Source: Octopus sinensis
Lineage: Eukaryota
DNA length: 64,000 bases
Assembly (NCBI RefSeq): GCF_006345805.1
Contig: NC_042998.1
Span: 13,268,001-13,332,000, forward strand
Direction: 5' to 3'
Under the pieces are notes generated by a model, which had not been told where the DNA came from, searched no databases, and was given only the letters and a program-made list of their open reading frames with translations. The stretch's first letter is position 1, and each line of letters opens with the position of its first letter. Below are positions 43,433 through 56,409 of this stretch, one piece after another. Both the position numbers and the translations under genes were made by a program.

Positions 43433-45459
43433 TATGTGTATATGACTGCACGTGCATGTCTGTGTGTGCGTTTGTATTGGGAGCATAAAGTAATAAATGA
43501 ATGTGAGAGCAATATATCATGTTGTCACTGGTATATAGTCACATCTGTTTTATTTATAAAACCTTTTATAAACACAGTAATTGTAAACTTTTGAACATGT
43601 TACTGTATGTTACGCTTTGAGGTAATTTTTTCCACTATACTTTAGTTTCAGAAAATACGTCCTAAACAGAATATTGCGTTTCGTCAGAGAACTTAAAAGA
43701 GAGTATGTTATATACTATACTATGTTCTGGATAAATATTTCCTTCGAAACTCATACATTGCTTACTCAGCTACTGAAGCATTGCATAAGATAATAAAGGA
43801 TAACTACAGCGTTTTGCTACTAAGTCTGTATTGCAAATAGCATCCTATAAATTTACAAATCAGTCTTGTAGCCATTAGATTATTCAATATTTCCCCTAAC
43901 TGTTAATGCAGAAATATAAGGAGGAAAACTTTTTCCAAACATGGCATTGATATGTTGTTCAATAAATATTTCGCTTCTACGTTTGTTTTCAAAGATGAAT
44001 AGCGGAACATGTTTTGGGAATTTTCCAGCATATGTGAGATATTTAGTTTTTATTTTATTGCTTCTTTACTCTAAATACCGTAGTGAGCTGTATATAATAA
44101 CAAAATACCAGGATTAAATCTACAACCATTTATAATGAAACCTAGGTGTTTCCTTTCTGTGTTTCCCATGAGACTGACTTTGTGCTAAATTATTTTTATT
44201 TATTTCGTACGACAGATGAATATGACATGCAATAAGAGATTGTTGCTTACCACGACACGATAGTTTTATTTTATGATGGAGAATAATATAATATAAGTCA
44301 TATTTGGCAGTTTTAGTTCTATAATAATGCTACAATTTAATATCACTCCTGTTATTTGGAAATCTGTTTTGAAGCATTTGAGAAATTGCCAATTTTTGTT
44401 CGTAATACTTCGTGAGATTCCACAGGGAAAACATGTCCATGTATCTTAATTTTTTTCCTGCAACGCTTTACATATAATAAGTAAAATAAAATATGCTCGT
44501 ATCAAGTGAAGCAGAATATATTCATATTTGTGGCAGCAATACATTCATATTAATAGATTGTGAAAAAAACGTATTTTGTAAAGATTGGATTTTTTGTCAT
44601 AAAAATAAGGTACCGAAAGTTCTGAAATTATGTATATAAAAACATGTTATGTAAGTATGTATGCAAGTATACATTGACATACACACATAAATACACAGAC
44701 GCACACGCAGACGCACACGCAGTCGCACACACACACTTATATCCTGTGTGTATGGGCGCCAGAGCGTAAAATAATGTATATAGATATATATCTATATATA
44801 TGTATATGTATATATATTTATACATACATATATATACACGGCGTGTATTTAAATGTGAGTCATGGTGTAAAAAGTTGTATATATTCATTGTTACACATGT
44901 TTATGCGGATATATAAAACATATATGTGTACATATGTCTATTTATGCATACACACACATGTATATACATGAACATTTATAAACATAAATATATGTAAATA
45001 TAGGTACGTATATATATATTTATGCATATATATATATATATGTATATATCTATCTATCTATATATATATATATAGACACACATATATACACATCTACACA
45101 CATGTATATACATATATGTACGTATTTTTACATATTCATATATATATATTCAGTGAGTATGTAGCATAAGATGCACTCCCGTGTAATATATAAGGTAGTT
45201 CATGTATGGCATACTTATAAGTAATGTATGTAATTTGTTTAAATATACTCAAGCTGATTATCCTTAAATATAATCCAGTAACATCGTTGAAACAAATATA
45301 CCTATTTTGTTTAATCTCCAGGTACCATACCTTTCTTTATAGCACTCAGGCTTCTGGACGTTTCCGCTGGATTTATTTTCTCGTCGGTTCTATTGAGAGT
45401 CATTGGGTTTATATTTCACATATATATCTAATTCTCTCTGCCTGTGTATGTATATATAA

Positions 45460-45681
45460 GGCGGCGAGCTGGCAGAAACGTTAGCACGCTGTCCGAAATG
45501 CGTAGCTGTATTTCGTCTGCCGTTACGTTCTGAGTTCAAATTCCGCCGAGGTCGACTTTGCCTTTCATCCTTTCGGGGTCGATAAATTAAGTACCAGTTA
45601 CGCACTGGGGTCGACGTAATCCGTTTGTCTGTGCTTGTTTGTCCCCTCTGTGTTTAGCCACTTGTGGGTAGTAAAGAAATA
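45460..45681 (+). mobile_element. SINE family B
   Basis: As at 43202. Confidence 0.9.
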
Positions 45682-45698
45682 TATACATATATATATAT

Positions 45699-45832
45699 GG
45701 GCGTAGGTGTGACTTCGTGGTACGACGTTTGTTTCCCAGCCACCTGGTTCTGGGCTCTCTTTCACTGAGATTTACCTTGGGCAGGTATACCTCTGTCCAA
45801 AGCTTTGTTTGTGTAGTTGCCAGACGGCACAG
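45699..45832 (+). mobile_element. Decayed SINE family A 5' part
   Basis: GGCGTAGGTGTGACTTCGTGGTA...ACCTTGGGCAGG. Confidence 0.55.
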
Positions 45833-45982
45833 AATGGAATATGCAATATATGTCTTTAGCGATTTCCAATAACCCAGAGTTTCAGAAGAAGGACACCAAT
45901 AAGGGTGAGAGGTGAAAAGGAGGAAGTACTGCGGTCTAGATCATGTACAGGCCAAAACAAATTCAATATATCTATATTTTAT

Positions 45983-46330
45983 TGCTGCTGCTGAGATCCC
46001 CTTCCGTCATGACAGACCGTGGGATTGCACCGACGAAGTTACCCTCCCAGGCACAAGTCTGGGCAAAGTTGCTAATGGATGACCAGCAGTCGTCCGTGCA
46101 TACCGATCTCCCCTCTCCACGCCACCAGTATTATCCAAGGGAAAGGCAAAGGGGACGATACAGCCTGGCACCTGTGACGTCGCAACTTATTTCTACAGCT
46201 GAGTGAACTGTAGCAACGTGAAATAAAGTGTTTTGCTCAAGAAGAGAACACGCAGCCCGGTCCGGGATTCGAACTCAGAACATCACGATCGTAAGCCCGT
46301 CGCTCTAACCACTAACCCATGCGCCTTCAC
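45983..46330 (-). mobile_element. tRNA-derived SINE family D with RTE-like 3' tail
   Basis: Reverse complement GAAGGCGCATGGGTTAGTGGTTAGAGCG...GAGTTCGAATCCC; central TTGAGCAAAACACTTTATTTCACGTTGC; tail similar to 28444-28474. Confidence 0.8.
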
Positions 46331-47019
46331 AATATTTTATATTGCATGATATTCGATAAATCTGTATATGTCATATGATATTCATATTCATGCTAATGAT
46401 TACTCCGAGTTTATTTCTGAATTTTGTTTATTGAAGGTCTTAAATGTGTTTGAGATCATGTTGGACAAAAGTATTACTAATAACGCCTACTGATGCGGAA
46501 ACCCGTATGCACTATTGCACTCTAAGACCGGTTCTACGTCCTGAACTGAACGGTTCTGTTCTTTTATAGAATATCAAATTTGGAGAATATATTTCAACTG
46601 CGAGATTATCACCGTTTCATACGAAGCTGCAGCATTGTCATTTGAAAATTTATGGGACATTCTCCTATCTTAAATATTTATATTGTATGTTATTTAATAT
46701 AATTGTATATTAGACAGAAACACACACAAACACACACACGCATTCACACTAAATACAGACATATATTTACAGGTGTGTGCATATATAAATATATGTGGGT
46801 GTGTGTATACAAAATAGTTCCATTAAATGCGAACACACACGAACATACATGTAGGCATGTGCATTCCTATGGATCAGTATGTGTGACTGTTCCCGATTCT
46901 GTTTACAAATCCATAACAATATATTGCTGTTTAAATCGTGGCATTGTTGATGTGGAAAATGCATATTCCAAGGTGAAAAAAAAATCACGTCACATTCATT
47001 CAAAAACTGTAGAGCATAT

Positions 47020-47056
47020 TATGGTTGTTGTTGTTGTTGTTGTTGATATCATTATG

Positions 47057-47146
<90 letters not shown>

Positions 47147-47227
47147 GTTACTATTATCTTCATCATTATTAAATTTATTTATATTTTTGTTATTGCAATT
47201 ATTAATTTCACAATGTTGATGACAATG

Positions 47228-47288
<61 letters not shown>

Positions 47289-47345
47289 AATAATAATGAT
47301 AATAATAATAATAATAACGATAGAAATATAATGATAATAATAAGA
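47020..47345. repeat. Opposed (ATT)n and (AAT)n microsatellites
   Basis: Direct repeats; similar block at 48227-48550. Confidence 0.9.
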
Positions 47346-48227
47346 ACATCAGCATAAAATAACAATTATAAAGAAGTAACTATAATACCAATAAAAAGTA
47401 ACAATAATGAAACAGACAATAGGATGAAAGCAATACAGGTTATATTATTACGCTAATGGATGATGCGCTTAAAATAGCATTAAATTCTTGGCAGTAATTG
47501 ATCTTGTTTAAGGGTAACACAAAAGGAATATTTTCAATACCTGAGCAACGATGAAAAACAGGTTAACGTATATAGTATTTGATGAACGAGAATAAATATC
47601 GACGGCATATGAAGGTTGAATACTTAAAAAGAATAATCATTACGTTATTCACTCACGAACACGCACACAAAGCGGTCTGATATAAACACATACAGAAACA
47701 CACACATATTTATGCATGTATGGATGAATGTACAAATACACACATTTGCATGTGTGTACGTATGTATTTATTGCATAAGTATACATATATATATACATCC
47801 ATATAAATATGACAATATATATGTATATATATATATATATATAAATGCATTCATACATACATGCATGCATACATTTATACACATATATGATGCACAGGCA
47901 ACGTTTATTTCCAACCATGTGGCAGAAAAGCTTGCATACGTAAAGAATATATATATATACAAAATATAAATTTAATTAACTAAGCATTTTATATAATGGA
48001 AAAAAATTATACGATAAAAAGTAGTGAAATGGATCACATAGGAAAAAATATTAATGGATAACGGGACGTAATATTTAAAGGGAAAACAAACATTTGAAAT
48101 TGTAAAATTTAAAGCTTGGAAGTAAAAAATAATATTAATATATAAATTTTCATATTTTCGCAATTCGACGATCAACGAAGCCAATGATGTGGTGATGCTG
48201 TGTATCATTATAGGTTAAAAACCAGCA

Positions 48228-48268
<41 letters not shown>

Positions 48269-48319
48269 TTATTATCATTATTATTTTTATTAATATTATT
48301 ATTATTATTATTATTATTA

Positions 48320-48373
<54 letters not shown>

Positions 48374-48879
48374 TATTATTATTTATTATTATTATTATTT
48401 TTATCATTATTATTATTATTATTAGTGGTGTTAAATATTAACTTTTTAATAATAATGATAATGATAATAATAATAATGATAATAATAACAACAACAATAA
48501 CAACAACAATAATAATAATGATGATGATGGTGATGATAATCTCAAGAGCATAACAATGAATATTTCGTTTTAAGGTTCTGAGGCTACAACTACTCCTAAA
48601 TACACGTCTGTTATAAATCTAACACATTTGAACAGAACATTCGAGAAAGAACCTAAAATTTAATAAAAATATTACTTATGATATTAATATCAATAATACT
48701 GAAGCAGTAATGACAACAACTATAATAAAAAAAAAAACAATAGTAATAACAATGAAGATAGCGATGATAATGAGATTATGGTGATGATGATTATGATGAG
48801 GATGATCGTCTTCGTGGCCACGACTACTGCAAATGAGGAAGATGCTGCTGCTGAAATTAACCATTTATTTCCTACTTTG

Positions 48880-49075
48880 GCACTAGACAAGCAATTTTGT
48901 TCGAAGTGGCCGTCTATTAGATGGCTACCCGTTCTTACCCGGTACGCATTTTATCCACCTGAAGGAGATTAAAGGGAAAGTCCTCCCCGGCATTATTTCA
49001 AGTTTGAACGTAAAATGCCGGAAGAAAAATTGCTAACGAAATTATCCGACGGCCTAACGCATCCAGCGTCTCCCT
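48880..49075 (-). mobile_element. Highly decayed SINE family B-like copy
   Basis: TTATCCACCTGAAGGAGATTAAAGGGAAAGTC...GAACGTAAAA aligns loosely to the family B reverse complement. Confidence 0.55.
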
Positions 49076-49321
49076 AATATAATAGATGATGACGACGAAG
49101 ATGACGATGTGGCTTCCGCTGATGATGGTAATGACGATTTCGTTTTAGTTAATCGCTGACTCGTCAGTTGGACACGAAGACTTGACTGGTAAACTATGAA
49201 TTTTGCGATGTCCTTACAATACATGCCTCCAAAATAATAGTAATAATAATGATAATAATAATAATAATATAATAATAATAACCACAACAACAAAAAAAAT
49301 AATAATGATGATAATAATAAT

Positions 49322-49390
<69 letters not shown>

Positions 49391-49391
<1 letters not shown>

Positions 49392-49712
49392 GGGGAGCAT
49401 CATAGCCATGTGTTGAGAGGGATTCTTTGGGTTTTGAATAATTCACATCTGGAAACATGGGTGTTTCGTTCAACATCCTTAAACAACCCTTTTTCAGGTA
49501 CCTGTTGAGCAGGATGGGTTACTCGACCAGAAGAAAATTCTAACTCGGCCTCACCAGAAAGATCATGTGCTGTTTATCACAATGTCACGCATATATGGTT
49601 GTGATGCATGTGCCTAGTGTACCCTTATCAGACGGGTAGTCATGATGGGTATACTGGGCTTCGTATATTTGACCCCAGTGTCACTTTGGTGGCATGCACT
49701 GCTCTCTCACTC
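49391..49712 (+). mobile_element. 322-bp non-coding element embedded in an (AAT)n array
   Basis: GC-richer island flanked on both sides by (AAT)n; ends CTCTCACTC-AATAAT; recalled as a recurrent octopus repeat. Confidence 0.6.
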
Positions 49713-49802
<90 letters not shown>

Positions 49803-49824
49803 GAATAATAATAATAATAATAAT

Positions 49825-49875
<51 letters not shown>

Positions 49876-50140
49876 GAAGAAGAAGAAAAGAAGAAGAAGA
49901 AGAAGGAGAAGAAGAAGGAGGAGGAGGAGGAGAAGAAGTAGAAGAAAAATAATAAGAAGAAGGAGAAGAAAAATAATAAGAAGAAGGAGAAGAAAAATAA
50001 GAAGAAGAAGGAGAAGAAAAATAAGAAGAAAAAGAAGAAGGAGGAGGAGGAGAAGAAGGAGGACAAGGGGGAGGAGAAGAAAAAGAGGAAGAAGGAGAAG
50101 GAGAAGAAGAAGAAGAAGAAGAAGAAGAAGAAGGAGAATG
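49713..50140. repeat. (AAT)n grading into (GAA)n/(GAG)n compound microsatellite
   Basis: Direct repeats. Confidence 0.9.
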
Positions 50141-50547
50141 TGTCATAAAAACTTTGAGACAAATACATGAGAAAAACACCTGGACCTGCATGCACACATA
50201 CATTACAGAATATAAAACTAGCGGGGACCGCACACATCCTACGTAAAACATTTTCAATGCATTGATAATTAGAGCACCACAAAATACCACAGCATACAGA
50301 TATAAATCTACATACATACATACATAGCCGCAAGTGTGGGTATATGGTTTCAGTCCCACTAGGTGGCACCTTGCGCAAGTGTCCATTACTATAGCCTCAA
50401 TTTCCATATAGTATATCGTCTTTAAATCAAAAAATAGGTTACTGATTGCACAGACATAGGACTATTCATAAAAGCAATATTAACAAACTGATGAACAATA
50501 TTATCGAGCGGACAAACCTTGTAGTGCGAAATCCTGAGCTGTGATCA

Positions 50548-50876
50548 TATTCTTTGACTTGTTTTAGTCAGTTGACTACGGCCATGCTGGAGCACTGCCT
50601 TTATTCGAAAACATCGAACCCAGGCCTTATTGTTCGTACGCTGGTAGGGGAGAAACACAGACACACATTCACACACCCAAATATATACATACACACAGGC
50701 ATACACGCACATATATATATATATATATATATAGCACGGATTTCAGTTTCCATCTAACAATTCCACTCACAAGGCTTTGGTCAAACCGATGCTAGAGTAG
50801 AAGACGCTGGCCCAAGGTGCCTCGCAATGAGACCGTGCTTGAGAAGCAAGTTTCTTACCATAGCGCCCCTTCTGCG
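50548..50876 (-). mobile_element. Decayed, internally deleted SINE family A
   Basis: GGCCATGCTGGAGCAC at the tail end; CACTCACAAGGCTTTGGTC...CCCAAGGTGCC in the head. Confidence 0.75.
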
Positions 50877-50893
50877 GATTCATTTTCATACAG

Positions 50894-50989
50894 GTGACTT
50901 ACATTCCTCAGGCAACTAGCATAACTGAAATTCGGTCATCCATGTCAGAGATGACGGTATGCTTTCGATATCAGAAAGTGTATGCAAAA
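50894..50989 (+). other. Candidate 96-bp coding micro-exon (VTYIPQATSITEIRSSMSEMTVCFRYQKVYAK)
   Basis: TTCATTTTCATACAG acceptor, AAA|GTGAGT donor, open in phase 0-0; protein not recognised. Confidence 0.25.
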
Positions 50990-51659
50990 GTGAGTGCCTT
51001 GCTGGTTTACAACTGATTTGACGGAAAGAGCTGACGAAAGTTGTTGTTATCTAGAGGGTGCAAACTGATTCTAATAAATTCAATCCGTTTTGATTTTGCG
51101 GAAGGTGATCATAAGATGATCAGAGAAAGTTGGAAATGATATTCTAAAGTTCAATTGAAAAAATCGATTAAGACCTTAAAACCATACACAAACAAAATAA
51201 AAATCCGTAAGAATCTTGCAACAGCAAATTTTATGCAATTGTCAGCTAACAAGTCAAATGGAAATAAGGTTGATCAAAAGGACCCGATTCAGACTACCTT
51301 CCTGATTTGGCGCACTCTCCATTTCACATGTTCACACAAATTAATAACAATCAGCGGGAGCAAAGATTTGTTCAACCAAAAAATAGGAAAGTCAATATGT
51401 TAAATAGTGCATAAGTGAAATCTGTCATGGTCTGTCGCAGGGTTCGGTTGAACAATAGTCAAATGAAAATAATCGCATGGAAACAACGCTTAAGATAACA
51501 TGCCTGTGGAGGGAAAAAGGCCTTAAAGATTAGGCTACCTATATCAGCTAACGAGAGTTATGCCTACATTGCATGACTGTCATCACACGATACACACACA
51601 CATACATATATAGATAGAGAGTTACATAGATTGATATATATATATATATATATATACAT

Positions 51660-52205
51660 GGAGGCGCAATGGCCAAGTGGTTAGGGCAGCGGACTCGCGG
51701 TGATATAAGGCGGCGAGCTGGCAGAAACGTTAGCACGCCGGGTGAAATGCTTAGCGGTGTTTCGTCTGCGTTACGTTGTGAGTTCAAATTCCGCCGAGGT
51801 CGACTTTGCCTTTCATCTTTTCGGGGTCGATAAAATAAGTACCAGTTACGCACTGGTAAATGTAATCGACTTAATACCTATGTTTGTCCTTATTTTTCCC
51901 CTCTGTGTTTAGCCCCTTGTGGGTAATAAAGAAACAGGTGATAGGATCGTGGTTTCGATACCCAGACCGGGTGTTGTGAGTGTTTATTGAGCGAAAACAC
52001 CTAAAAGCTACACGAAGCTCTAGCAGGGGGTGGTGGCGATCCCTGCTGTACTCTTTCACCACTCTTTCTCCCACTCTTTCTTCTGTTGGCCTGCTCGTTT
52101 AGCCAGCGGGGTGGCGTCATTCAAAGGCTAAAACAATGCGAACGCATTGTGACCAGCGATGTGTAACAACATCTGATGGTATGGTCGGTCACGTGATCAC
52201 GTGAC
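51660..52205 (+). mobile_element. tRNA-derived SINE family C interrupted by a family B insertion
   Basis: Head GGAGGCGCAATGGCCAAGTGGTTAGGGCAGCGGACTCGC resumes at 51937; homologous to 60279. Confidence 0.88.
51709..51936 (+). mobile_element. SINE family B nested in family C, with 7-bp TSD
   Basis: GGTGATA at 51699-51705 and 51937-51943. Confidence 0.9.
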
Positions 52206-52206
52206 G

Positions 52207-52264
<58 letters not shown>

Positions 52265-52320
52265 CATATATATATATATATATACAAACACATATGCATA
52301 TACATACATATATATATATA

Positions 52321-53540
52321 CACGGTGCGTCATGTATTTGCGGACATACATTTATTTGCGTCATTGCTCCATTTTTTGAAAATTTTGTAGAATCTTTGTT
52401 TCAGAAAATGATAATGGTAGACCTTCATCTTACGCAAGAAATGAAGAAGAATGCTGTTATTGTGGCTATAAAGCTTGAGTATTGCGATATAGAAATATCT
52501 CGATTTTTAAATGTTGCCAGGTATTTCGTCTCCAAAGTTTGTAAGGAGTTAGAGACTGAAGATGGTAACGTATCACCAGTATCAAAGCATAAAAAGCATT
52601 CCAAACGCTCTGAAACCATCAGAACAGTTGAACTAATCAAATAAGTTCAACAGATCATTGATTACAATCCTAGAAAATCCATGAGGTCAATTGCATGTGT
52701 CAGAAGGAAGAGTCAGAAATGTTGTACACGAAGACATCAGATATATGTCTTATATGATAAGGAAAATGTCAATATGTCAGAAAAAGCTAAAGAAAATTAC
52801 AACATAAAATCTAAAAGGATCTTAAACAAACTGAAAAATCCAGCAGAAGGAGATTTGATTTCGATTTTCTCAAACAAGAGAAACTTCGACGAAGATCAAA
52901 AAGTAAAAATAAGAAATAACAGATGGTTATGTGCAGAACCTTCTATAGTTCCAAGTGTTCTGCATAGGAAATTTCTGCAACTGTCATTGTTTTAAAGCTT
53001 GTGAGCAATGAAGGACATGTGATGCATCCTTACTTCTTTGCACAAGTTCTTAGAGTTAACTCTGTCGCCCACACCGAAGTCCTGGAAACAATTATGAAAC
53101 CCTGGATAGTCAGTGTATGCAAAGGAAGGCCAAATGTCTCAGTAAAACTTTACTATCAAAGATGTCTCTTGTAACACAGGAATCGATGACTGAAAATTTT
53201 CACAATCACATAATCTCTAACATTTAGCCTCCTAATTGCCCCGATCTTAATCCATTGGACTATTACATGTGTACCGTTGTTCAGAGAGAGGGCAATGAAC
53301 ACGCCCATAACACCAAAGATTTTTTGAAAGCGTAATGTCCAAAATGAGCCAGGACTACTTAATTCGAAGATGATTTGGAACACATACAGAAGCAGTTATT
53401 GAAGCTGATGGTGGCTTAATCGAATAATATTATAGCAAAGGTCTATTTTTATCCTCATAGCATTTTTTGCTAAAGATATCTATTATTACATATATATTTA
53501 TTTTATAAATATATATCTCTCGTCAAATTTTTTACGCGCC

Positions 53541-53543
<3 letters not shown>
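52321..53543 (+). mobile_element. Full-span decayed Tc1/mariner element, maT (DD37D)-like
   Basis: Imperfect TIR CACGG(T/C)GCGT, TA flanks; FSNKRNFDEDQKV...NNRWL; *PPNCPDLNPLDYY (WPPNSPDLNPLDY motif); the second catalytic D is decayed, so spacing is inferred. Confidence 0.88.
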
Positions 53544-53587
<44 letters not shown>

Positions 53588-53615
53588 ATATATATAATAT
53601 ATATATATGCAAGTA

Positions 53616-53655
<40 letters not shown>

Positions 53656-53668
53656 CATAAATGCATAC

Positions 53669-53703
<35 letters not shown>

Positions 53704-53893
53704 AATTGATATATATATATATGCATGTATATACAAATGCACATGTATATATACATACACACACACACATATATATATGTGAATATATTTATAGAGATAT
53801 ATGCACATATATGTGTGTGTGTATTGACATGTTTGTACGTCTGTATATATATATATATATATTATATATATATATATATATATATCAATATCA

Positions 53894-53924
<31 letters not shown>

Positions 53925-54978
53925 TATTATATATAAATATATGTATATGTAACATATACATTGATGCACAAACATAGTTACATATATATATGTGTGAGTG
54001 TGCATGCGTAGTCATGTATAAATATATAGTTGTGTGTTTGTGTGTGCTTTGCTATATGTGTGGAAGCAATATTGACTTTACTTTAGAGACTGCCGAACAG
54101 AAGCCTTTGATATGTTTGCTGACACATTTTGCACAAAGAGATAGATTCAGTGCAAATCAATTTTTATAGAAAGCCTAGAATCTGTACTGATTTCAGGGAT
54201 TAATCACTTGATCGACTACACGAATGAGAGAATCATTATGGGATGACTGCTTCTAAATCTGAAAACCTCAATTTTATTTGCATTGAAGCTCTTTCATTTT
54301 CAGTAACGATCGTCATCATATTTTATTCATATTCCACTTGGATTTAGCGCTTCTGTAGTATTATTGATTTCACTATTAATAATACTAATACTATTAAAAA
54401 AAGTATCGTAATTATTTATAATCTTATTGCTATGAGTATTTTAGAAATGAGAATAATGAAATTAAAATTAGCAGTGATGATGAAATTCGTACAATCGTCA
54501 TCATTATCACTATAATGAAAAACAACTATTTCGATTAATATAATCTATTTGTAGATTGTTATCACCATATCTGTGTTTGATCGCTTGTATACTGCAACGA
54601 CTCCTATCGGTTTATCTTGCCTCGTATATTTTCTGTATATGGAGCCAGAAAATTCTTCATTACATGTTTGTGTGGATTAAGGAAATCATCTTGTTTTGTC
54701 TTTTATTATAGTGTATCAACTCAAACATATACGTAGTTACTCATATACACACACATCTATTCTCTCTTAGGAAACAAACTGTAGTAGCTCGCTCACACCT
54801 ACGTAAATATACGCATACACACTCAAGAGCATGCATGTAAGTGCATATATAAATAAATACGTTTTACTTAAATATATGTATATATGATTGTGTGTGTGTG
54901 TATGTATATGCGTATATAACGTATGCGTTTGTATGCATTTATATATATATATGAGACATAATGTATGTATATGTATAT

Positions 54979-55273
54979 TGTTTATTCCTTCTCGAGCCAC
55001 GCCTGGCTCATAAAGGCTGGTTCCTGGTGTCATTGACGTATAGGTTCTCCACATGGAGAGGACGCCAGCACGTTGCAGGTGAGCTGCAAGAGGGGAAAGA
55101 GTGAGAGAAAGTTGTGGCGAAAGAGTCAGCAGCAGTTCGCCATTACCTTCTGCTAGAGCCGCGTGAAGCTTATGTGTTTCGCTCTTAAACACACGCATCG
55201 CCCCGTCTGAGATTCGAACCCGCGATCCCTCGACCGCTAGTCCGCTGCTCTAAGCACTACGCCATGTGCCTCC
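54979..55273 (-). mobile_element. tRNA-derived SINE related to family C
   Basis: Reverse complement GGAGGCACATGGCGTAGTGCTTAGAGCAGCGGACTAGCGG...GGGTTCGAATCTC; shares ACAACTTTCTCTCACTCTT with 60279. Confidence 0.8.
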
Positions 55274-55278
55274 ACATT

Positions 55279-55346
<68 letters not shown>

Positions 55347-55662
55347 TTTGTATTTATGTACTTATGCATGTGTGCTTATGGATGGATAAGTTTATTAAGT
55401 TTCATATCTGACATGAACAAGTACAAATTTATAACATCGTATTTATGTCTTGTTAGCTGGATCAGTCCTGAATAGTGTGACCTAGGTACTATAGACGAGA
55501 AACCATTGATACATCCTGACATAACCTTCAACGTAGCATGACGCTTAGAAAAATTAGAACCGTTTAAAAATATACGCCAATAACAACGCATAGCTCATCT
55601 TATACGTCTTTGTTACATATATACTCTCTTGCTCTCGTCCACTTTCTTTCCCAACCACACAG

Positions 55663-55713
55663 AAAGGAAGATACATATCCACAGAGATGTTCCAAACGGA
55701 ATAGTCTGTAATG
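55663..55713 (+). other. Candidate 51-bp micro-exon (RKIHIHRDVPNGIVCN)
   Basis: Long pyrimidine tract ending CACACAG, ATG|GTGAGT donor; one open frame, phase 1-1. Confidence 0.25.
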
Positions 55714-56409
55714 GTGAGTTATTTTTTAATTGTAGCTTTAGGGCAAAATTATTTACGGAATTTCTGTCGTTTCATCTCACAAATTCACGAAAATGAAAGA
55801 AAGCAGGAGAAAATCTAAATTGGTGTAAATTCAGAGTTACAGTGAAAAACTTTTAGCTGTTAACGTAGAATAGTAAACACCAATATAAATATATAATATA
55901 TACAGCGATACACACATTTATGTATATATGAATATATGGATACCTACACTCAGAGACACACACATATACACACCTATCTATAAGCATATACATTCCTATA
56001 TATGCATGCATACAAACATATGTATATATACATAAACACACACACACACACATATATCTATATATATATGTGTGTGTGTGAGAATGTATGCATGTATGTA
56101 TGTGTGTGTGTGTATAAATAACTATACATATAGATGTCTAAATTTTATGTCAATATTTTAATGATATAGTTTATGAGTGACTTTAGCTTGTACAAGTAGA
56201 AATCTTTATACAAATTAATTATAATAGGGCTAAAAAAAGATGTCTTTCTTCTCTGTATACCAGTTAAATCTTGAGGAATTGGCATTACGTATGAAGTTTT
56301 GAGACTTTCGAGACTGGTAAGCAAGTTACGTTTTAACCATATTTTTACATCTCTTTGGTTCAATTCTACAAAGAGAATTGTCCATTGGCTAGATCTTCTA
56401 GTGAGAAAA

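Noticed and set aside
46576-46680. Possible terminal exon after TTCTTTTATAG (YQIWRIYFNCEII...)
   Set aside because: An acceptor alone in AT-rich DNA, with no supporting homology.
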